From assembly GCF_000223395.1 (NCBI RefSeq), contig NC_015931.1:180001-212000 (forward strand): a stretch of DNA of 32,000 nt. The letters run 5' to 3'. A program made the translations under genes and the position numbers. This stretch comes from Pyrolobus fumarii 1A (lineage in GTDB: Archaea > Thermoproteota > Thermoprotei_A > Sulfolobales > Pyrodictiaceae). The notes beneath the pieces are model-generated. The model did not search any database and was not told the origin of the DNA. It saw only the letters and a list, made by a program, of their open reading frames with translations. Positions 26,798 through 32,000 of this stretch are shown one piece after another (within the stretch, counting starts at the first letter, position 1; each line of letters begins with the position of its first letter).

Positions 26798-29754
26798 TCT
26801 CTCCTAGCCAGTCTCGATGCTAGCCTCGGCGCCAGGTAGCCGATGGCAGCGCCGCCGGCGAGACCAGCACCTAGAGCGGCAAGCGGGTTGATAGTCTCAG
26901 CTCTAACAGTCACTGTGGACGTTCTAACCCTCTCCTTGACGACCGTAACTACGCTGGTGTTCAGCAGCGTAACCGTAGTCACGCTGCCCGGGAGAGTGAC
27001 AGTCCGGAATACACTAGTAGTTGCAGTCAGCGTCACGGTGCTCGTGGTTGTCAGGGTTACCGTTAGGTTCCTCTCAAGAGTGTATGTGACGACGCGCTCG
27101 CTGGTCACAGTCCTGGTTGTCGTGAGGAGGCGGGTCACCGTCCTATTGACATAGACGGTCTTTGTAACCGTACCCGCAGGTATAGTGACGTTACGCATAA
27201 CCGTGACAGTCTCAGTGGTAGTAACCGTTGTCGACTTAGTCACGGTAACCGTTAGCGGCTCGCCAACAACCATCACCAGCACGCGTACCGGCTGTACTAG
27301 CGCTGCGGACAAGGACTCCAGCGTTACAATACTGCACCCATTCTCAAAGCCGTATACGCGTATCGCGTCGTTCGACTCCAGCGGCTCGACAATAGACCCG
27401 TTTACGCGCACAACAAGGTTAATGTCGCCGTCCAACACGGCTATCACGAGACGCGGCTCTACGAGACCCCTGTTGCACACTCTCAGCTCAGCCGAGCCCC
27501 TAGAGGCCAGCAGCACAACCTCCTCAAAACCAACGACACGATCTCCAATAACATTGTCAACCTCTCTAGCCACTTTAGGACCAACAGCTATACCATTGAT
27601 GGTGCTGCAGTGTGGCTTGCTCGCAGCCAGTGTTACAATCGAAGCGAGTAGCTCGGAGCCGCTAGTAGCCCACTCGAGGGGCACACTAGAGTAGATAACG
27701 TGCACACCTAGCCTGCAGAGAGCATAGTCCAGTATAGCTGCTGTCCCGTCACCAGACTCGAAGAGTATCCGAGGAGATGGATTCTCAAGGCTTAATCGTC
27801 GCTCCCAGGGTGGGAGCAAGCCACCGATGCTAACCGTAGAGTTTTGGACGCGGATGCTTGGCATGCTGAGGGTCTGCCAGAGGTACTCGGCTTGGGACAT
27901 GGCCAGCAGGGTGTATGGGAGCCCAGCTAGCATAGCACGGTATGCCTCGGCGACGAGACTAGCGTTGATCGAGAGTGGTAGGCTGGTGTAGAGTCCCTTC
28001 ACAAACCTATAGACAGTGTCGATGTACTCGGGGCTTGTGGCAGCGGCTAGCAGCTCCTGCACCTCGTCTATAGGCTTGAGGGTCACCCAGGATAGGCTCG
28101 TGAGAGCGCGGTAGCCTCTGCTCAGGGCGATACGCGGCACCGGTGTCTTGACGGTAAGGCTCGTGCCGGGCGTGTATCCAAGGATATCGGCGTATTGTGT
28201 CGCGATTAGGGTACCAGTGGTGAAGCCCATGGGCGGTAGGAGACCAGAGCCGGCAACGATGGCCTCCAAGCTGTAACCGGTGCTGCACAGCTCCTCGATG
28301 AGCGATGGTGACGCCCTTGCAAGTATGTTTGTCAGGTGTAGCCCGGCCAGACCGGGGAGGATGCCACCGTCCCAAGGCCCTAGCCTACGGTACTCGATTA
28401 TAGAGCCGCACTCCACATACACTAGAGGGTTGAACGACAGCCCCGATAGAATAACCGAGGTTTTGCCCTCCAGCACTAGCTCTGCTAGTCGCGAGGCCAG
28501 CGTCGCCCAGCCGTCGACCGGCCCAAGCCACCCGCCGAGTATAACGACACGGGGTGTGCCCGAGTCGAGAGCATGGAGTGCTTCCTCCACAGACGTGGCT
28601 ATCTCTAGACGTGCTACGCGGCCAACAGCCCCCCAGTGGCTTAGTGGCACACTAGTCCAGTTGTCAAGGAGGTAGTGGTATAGCCTGGCGTACTCCGCGT
28701 AGAGCCTCGCCAGGCTATAGACAGTGGCGTTGAAACCGAGCCTCCACATGGTAGTGTTGAACGCGGCTAGACTCGGGTTAAGCGCGTGGAGCACCAGGGA
28801 GACTCCAGGGTCGACTATGAGAGCGTCTATGTCGGCGTTAGGGTTGTACACATAGGCAATGCTGGGCGGCGAGTAGAGCCCGTCGACACTAACCGCGTAT
28901 ACGAGCTCATCTCCAGCATCAAGGCCCAACGCGGATGGTGTAATATCGGCGCAGACGGCCGCAGCTCCAGGCCCAGTCGCGTTAATCTCCTCGAAGGACG
29001 AAGCCTGCAACTGGTTGATCAACACGTGCTCCACGATGTACGATATAGTGTCGTTCAAGAGCTTCGCGGCCTCCTCCTGAGACGCGAATAGTGCAATGCG
29101 ATGTGCGGTCGCAACATGCCAGCTAGAGCCACCATCACTCGACACTACTATCTCGGGGCGAGGATCTACACCACCTAAAGCAATGCCACACACGTGTATG
29201 GTCTCGGTCGGTGTTGTGGCTAGTGCGACGCGAGTAACGTTGAGCAAGGGTATTGGTCTGCCCGGAGAGGGCTCCGGTAGATAGGCAACCCTGAAGCTAG
29301 CAACCTGCTCGCCGTCGATGGAGACGTTCACCTCTAGCACGGCGGTTATGTTGAGAATGGCGTTCACCACGTTATAGAAGCTAGAGTTGAACTCCACGAG
29401 GGTGGCGGGCACCGGCGGCACAACGACTATGCTGGTGTCGGGCTGGTAGGGCAGGCTGACAGCGCGTAACGCGAACACGCTCGTCTCGACTCTAGTCGTG
29501 TAGAGCGGCAGGTACCAGGGCCAAACGTCTAGCTCAAACACGACTCTAGCATGGGCCTCAACGCGCCAAGGCTCGACGCCCTTGACTACTATGAACAGGT
29601 TCTGGTAGCCGTGGAGCCTAGACCCCGGGACCAGAAACACGTCAATGTTGTCGACGATATCGCTAGTGCTTGGGCTGCTCGTGTTTAAGAGCATATGGGC
29701 GAAGGTTATGATAACCAGTGCTGTGAGCGCTAGGGTGGCGAGGTGCCTCCGCAC
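26794..29754 (-). CDS. Large membrane-anchored surface (S-layer-like) glycoprotein candidate with no recognisable catalytic domain
   Basis: The open frame extends to 29862 (1022 aa), but its first 36 codons overlap purP. GTG 29754 gives M-RRHLATLALTALVIITFA, an N-terminal signal/anchor. I counted at least 17 N-x-S/T sequons by eye. There is a 121-aa Thr/Val-rich tract (26893-27255), a C-terminal TM helix LAALGAGLAGGAAIGYLA, and a basic tail PRLASRLARRE. Confidence 0.6.
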   Translation of the reverse strand: MRRHLATLALTALVIITFAHMLLNTSSPSTSDIVDNIDVFLVPGSRLHGYQNLFIVVKGVEPWRVEAHARVVFELDVWPWYLPLYTTRVETSVFALRAVSLPYQPDTSIVVVPPVPATLVEFNSSFYNVVNAILNITAVLEVNVSIDGEQVASFRVAYLPEPSPGRPIPLLNVTRVALATTPTETIHVCGIALGGVDPRPEIVVSSDGGSSWHVATAHRIALFASQEEAAKLLNDTISYIVEHVLINQLQASSFEEINATGPGAAAVCADITPSALGLDAGDELVYAVSVDGLYSPPSIAYVYNPNADIDALIVDPGVSLVLHALNPSLAAFNTTMWRLGFNATVYSLARLYAEYARLYHYLLDNWTSVPLSHWGAVGRVARLEIATSVEEALHALDSGTPRVVILGGWLGPVDGWATLASRLAELVLEGKTSVILSGLSFNPLVYVECGSIIEYRRLGPWDGGILPGLAGLHLTNILARASPSLIEELCSTGYSLEAIVAGSGLLPPMGFTTGTLIATQYADILGYTPGTSLTVKTPVPRIALSRGYRALTSLSWVTLKPIDEVQELLAAATSPEYIDTVYRFVKGLYTSLPLSINASLVAEAYRAMLAGLPYTLLAMSQAEYLWQTLSMPSIRVQNSTVSIGGLLPPWERRLSLENPSPRILFESGDGTAAILDYALCRLGVHVIYSSVPLEWATSGSELLASIVTLAASKPHCSTINGIAVGPKVAREVDNVIGDRVVGFEEVVLLASRGSAELRVCNRGLVEPRLVIAVLDGDINLVVRVNGSIVEPLESNDAIRVYGFENGCSIVTLESLSAALVQPVRVLVMVVGEPLTVTVTKSTTVTTTETVTVMRNVTIPAGTVTKTVYVNRTVTRLLTTTRTVTSERVVTYTLERNLTVTLTTTSTVTLTATTSVFRTVTLPGSVTTVTLLNTSVVTVVKERVRTSTVTVRAETINPLAALGAGLAGGAAIGYLAPRLASRLARRE
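26893..27255 (-). repeat. Low-complexity Thr/Val-rich coding tract (ACN/GTN codon alternation)
   Basis: 121 codons, mostly T and V (TVTVTKSTTVTTTETVTV...TSTVTLTATT...TSTVTVRAET). The reverse strand of the same tract also reads as T/V-rich. Confidence 0.8.
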
Positions 29755-29786
29755 CTCTAGGGCCACCGAGAAGGGCTGGACGCTTG

Positions 29787-30854
29787 CTAGGTTACAACCT
29801 CTTCCAGACGCCCCTGTAGAGCCGCCTCCCTGACCTCCCGTGCTATCCTCCTCCCCGGCCACATGGGCTCATCCCAGTATAGCCATGTGTAGGGGCTCCC
29901 CATGCCCGTGTACAGGTTGGTCCCGGCTACAATCCTCCCCGAGAACTCGAAGACGCGTATCTCGAGGCTAGGCGTGACTATAGACTCGAGGCTATACGGG
30001 CCCATCATCGGTAGCCCGGTAGCCTGCTCGACGGTCCTTGCGAATGCCTCTCCGTACTCGAGCACCTTCAGCAGGAGCCTCTCGCGGAGAACCATGGGGA
30101 TATTGCCAACCACCACGAAGCTTGGTTCGAGCGACTCGGCGAACCTAGGCGGCAGCCTCCTAAGACCATCCACGTTACTCTCATAGCGTATATCCATGCC
30201 CGTGAGCTCCACGCGACGATAGAGCCTGGAGGCGTAGTAGTGGTAGTAGGCGGGCACGCCCACCACATACTCCTGGATGATAGCCTCCCTCGGGTCCCGA
30301 ATGAGGCCCTCCCTAACCGCCCTCTCCAGTCCCCGCCTAACCTCCTCCGGGCTAGACGCCAGGAAGTAGCCACGACCACCCTTAGCGCCAGGCATCTTCA
30401 CGATAACCAGCCCGTCAACCTCCTCCGGCGAGCCATACACCCGGGGCGTCGGTATACCAGCGTCGACCAACAAGCGCATCTTCGAGTGCTGGTCAGCCTC
30501 TATCCTAAAGAGGCCACGGTTACCATGAATAGGCACCTCCAGCTTCTCAGCCCTCTCCACGCCAACGTACTCCACGAGACCAGCATGCGGCACAAGGATA
30601 GCGTTAAGCGACCTAAGCTTCTCGACGATAGTCCCAGAGGCTATCTCGGACCAACTACGGAGCTTTAGCATATAGTCGTAGAGCCACGGGAACCTCTCGT
30701 AGAGCGGCGCGAGATCCTCCCTAACAAGCAGTACGGTGCACAAACCCTCCCTCTTGGCGCCCGCTAGTATCTGTAGAGCAGAATGGCTACCAATAACAGC
30801 TATACAGATGCGTTCGGGGTCGTAACCGGATACTATCCTAGAGCCTATCGACAC
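29787..30854 (-). CDS. purP: FAICAR synthetase PurP (5-formaminoimidazole-4-carboxamide ribonucleotide synthetase, ATP-grasp)
   Basis: IAVIGSHSALQILAGAKREGL.T, VPHAGLVEY, IHGNR and PGAKGGRGYF match the PurP N-terminal and ATP-grasp domains. 355 aa. Confidence 0.85.
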   Translation of the reverse strand: MSIGSRIVSGYDPERICIAVIGSHSALQILAGAKREGLCTVLLVREDLAPLYERFPWLYDYMLKLRSWSEIASGTIVEKLRSLNAILVPHAGLVEYVGVERAEKLEVPIHGNRGLFRIEADQHSKMRLLVDAGIPTPRVYGSPEEVDGLVIVKMPGAKGGRGYFLASSPEEVRRGLERAVREGLIRDPREAIIQEYVVGVPAYYHYYASRLYRRVELTGMDIRYESNVDGLRRLPPRFAESLEPSFVVVGNIPMVLRERLLLKVLEYGEAFARTVEQATGLPMMGPYSLESIVTPSLEIRVFEFSGRIVAGTNLYTGMGSPYTWLYWDEPMWPGRRIAREVREAALQGRLEEVVT

Positions 30855-30890
30855 TCGCGCCCCTCGCGTGGCCCGGCCCAGGCCCGCGCC

Positions 30891-31352
30891 TTAAACCCAG
30901 TCACCATCCTTGAGCGTCTCGAGGACGATGGCCGGGCATATCCTCTTGACGCCTGGCATGCGGCTAATCTCCTCGTGTATACGTCGAAGCTCCTCGCTGT
31001 CCCTAGCCCAGATCAGGGCCATGATGTCATGGTCGCCGCTGGTTATCGCGAGCATCTTCACATACTCCTTCTTACGCAGCTCGTTAGCCACGGTGAGCAG
31101 ATGCTCAGGCTCGACATCAATGCCAGTGTAGGAGACCACGTTGTAGCCGAGCGCCTTGGGGTCGACCACGATAGTGTACCTCTTGATGACGCCCAGCTGC
31201 TCCAGCCTACGTATCCTCTTGATGACAGCCACGTCGCTGATACCCAGCTGTTTCGCCAGCTCCGTGTAAGACACCCTAGCGTTCCTAGACAGCGCAGCGA
31301 GTATGACCATGTCCTTCTCGTCAAGCTCCCCCTTGCCTACCACTCCTACCAC
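30891..31352 (-). CDS. Lrp/AsnC-family transcriptional regulator
   Basis: HTH LDEKDMVILAALSRNARVSYTELAKQLGISDVAVIKRIRRLEQLGVIKRYT, followed by a RAM/ACT-like domain. GTG start at 31352, with a TATA-like TTAATATAC about 36 nt upstream. Confidence 0.85.
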   Translation of the reverse strand: MVGVVGKGELDEKDMVILAALSRNARVSYTELAKQLGISDVAVIKRIRRLEQLGVIKRYTIVVDPKALGYNVVSYTGIDVEPEHLLTVANELRKKEYVKMLAITSGDHDIMALIWARDSEELRRIHEEISRMPGVKRICPAIVLETLKDGDWV

Positions 31353-31383
31353 TCCTCGTCTAAACGGCTAAACAACAAGGATA

Positions 31384-31392
31384 GTATATTAA
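31384..31392 (-). promoter_or_regulatory. TATA-box-like element upstream of the Lrp/AsnC gene
   Basis: The minus strand reads TTAATATAC, centred about 36 nt upstream of GTG 31352. Confidence 0.45.
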
Positions 31393-31442
31393 TCTCGCCG
31401 GTCAGCAAACCGAACCACACAACAAGTTATCAGCGAAGCACG

Positions 31443-32000
31443 TCAACCGCCAATCACGGTGCTCAACGCCTCCCCCAGAGGCCTCAACGAGAAAAGCGTG
31501 TAGCCAACCCTAACCTCCAAAGGCCACACCGAGGCAAGACTCCTCGCCTCCTCCCAGATACGCAAATGCCTCCTCGGAAGGAACAACACCACACGCTCCA
31601 ACCCCCGCCCAACAAGCACCTCGACAACCGCCGCCAGCAGCCCTACAACCCTCTCAAACGCCCTCCTATCGCCAAGAACCTCCTCCGGGTGAAGCTCGTA
31701 ACAACAAGCAGGATAATCCCAAGCACGCCAATAAGGCACAAAGACAAGAAGATCACTCAAATAGAGCCACTCTACACCCTGAGGTGCAAAACCATTCCAC
31801 AAGCCAAGCCTCCGCAACAAACCAGCAACCTTCCTCGAGGTAGGCGACAACGGATACGGCTTCACATTACTACACGGCGTGACAAGCGCCACCCGAAACC
31901 TCGGCTCATAAACCTCGAGAAGCCAACGATGCCAAGCACGAACCGAAGGATGATCCAACGCCCGGACACCAACAAGACCAGGATCAACACCAGACACGTG
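31443..32000 (-). CDS. DUF5591-like protein (ArcS N-terminal-domain-like, PC-x3-KPY motif), possibly truncated at the right edge
   Basis: VALVTPCSNVKPYPLSPTSRK fits the PC-X3-KPY-X2-S part of the motif described for archaeosine synthase ArcS / DUF5591. The frame stays open to the window edge, and the track start at 31997 is a GTG. Confidence 0.4.
   Translation of the reverse strand, partial: HVSGVDPGLVGVRALDHPSVRAWHRWLLEVYEPRFRVALVTPCSNVKPYPLSPTSRKVAGLLRRLGLWNGFAPQGVEWLYLSDLLVFVPYWRAWDYPACCYELHPEEVLGDRRAFERVVGLLAAVVEVLVGRGLERVVLFLPRRHLRIWEEARSLASVWPLEVRVGYTLFSLRPLGEALSTVIGG

Noticed and set aside
26843-27694. Plus-strand ORFs 26843-27154 and 27185-27694 (103 and 169 aa)
   Set aside because: They are mirror images of the Thr/Val codon tract of the minus-strand surface protein, because the ACN and GTN codon classes are reverse complements. 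No independent coding signal is present.
1-32000. CRISPR arrays, transposases or IS elements, toxin-antitoxin pairs, restriction-modification or other known defence modules
   Set aside because: No spaced identical repeats of 24-40 bp were seen. No ORF carries DDE or serine/tyrosine recombinase, Cas, PIN/VapC, or methyltransferase-plus-endonuclease signatures. The only nuclease-like gene is the solitary BFN protein.

Overview
This window looks like archaeal chromosomal DNA of crenarchaeal (Thermoproteota) type. The evidence is an unsplit rpoB, a split rpoA1/rpoA2, and the order rpoH-rpoB-rpoA1-rpoA2-eL30-nusA-uS12 ... uS7-EF1alpha-uS10-tRNA-Ser with no EF-2 between uS7 and EF-1alpha. The proteins are E/K/R/I/V-rich, as in hyperthermophiles. 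A Desulfurococcales/Pyrodictiaceae-like source is my guess only and I cannot verify it here.

I support about 33 genes.
- Positions 1-9,000: housekeeping RNA/protein-processing genes: rtcA (partial), NMN adenylyltransferase, a DUF62 SAM hydrolase, a Nop2/NSUN-like m5C methyltransferase ATGA-coupled to Nip7, a long FKBP, egsA, psmB, aCPSF1/FttA, a Tma20-like PUA protein, Sm and eL37.
- Positions 9,000-21,600: the RNA polymerase / str / EF-1alpha superoperon, ending in tRNA-Ser(GGA).
- Positions 22,000-32,000: a GC-richer array, all on the minus strand: peroxiredoxin, a minimal protein kinase, a DUF1464 ASKHA ATPase, a GT-B glycosyltransferase, a pyrE-like PRTase, a roughly 1000-aa membrane-anchored Thr/Val-rich surface protein with no recognisable domain, purP, Lrp/AsnC, and a DUF5591/ArcS-N-like protein.

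I found no CRISPR array, transposase, integrase or recognisable defence system.

The parts worth a second look are:
- the break in the uS12-uS7 linkage, caused by an opposite-strand BFN/DUF151 nuclease-like gene with a poly-Glu tail plus a 295-bp spacer carrying an orphan TATA and phased GGTTCTAGA repeats;
- a roughly 500-bp gene-free, strongly C-depleted spacer next to tRNA-Ser;
- perfect palindromes and TAGGCTAG words around the peroxiredoxin gene;
- the kinase + DUF1464 pair;
- the orphan giant surface protein wedged between purP and a pyrE-like gene.

All functional calls come from reading motifs in the translations. No database search was run.
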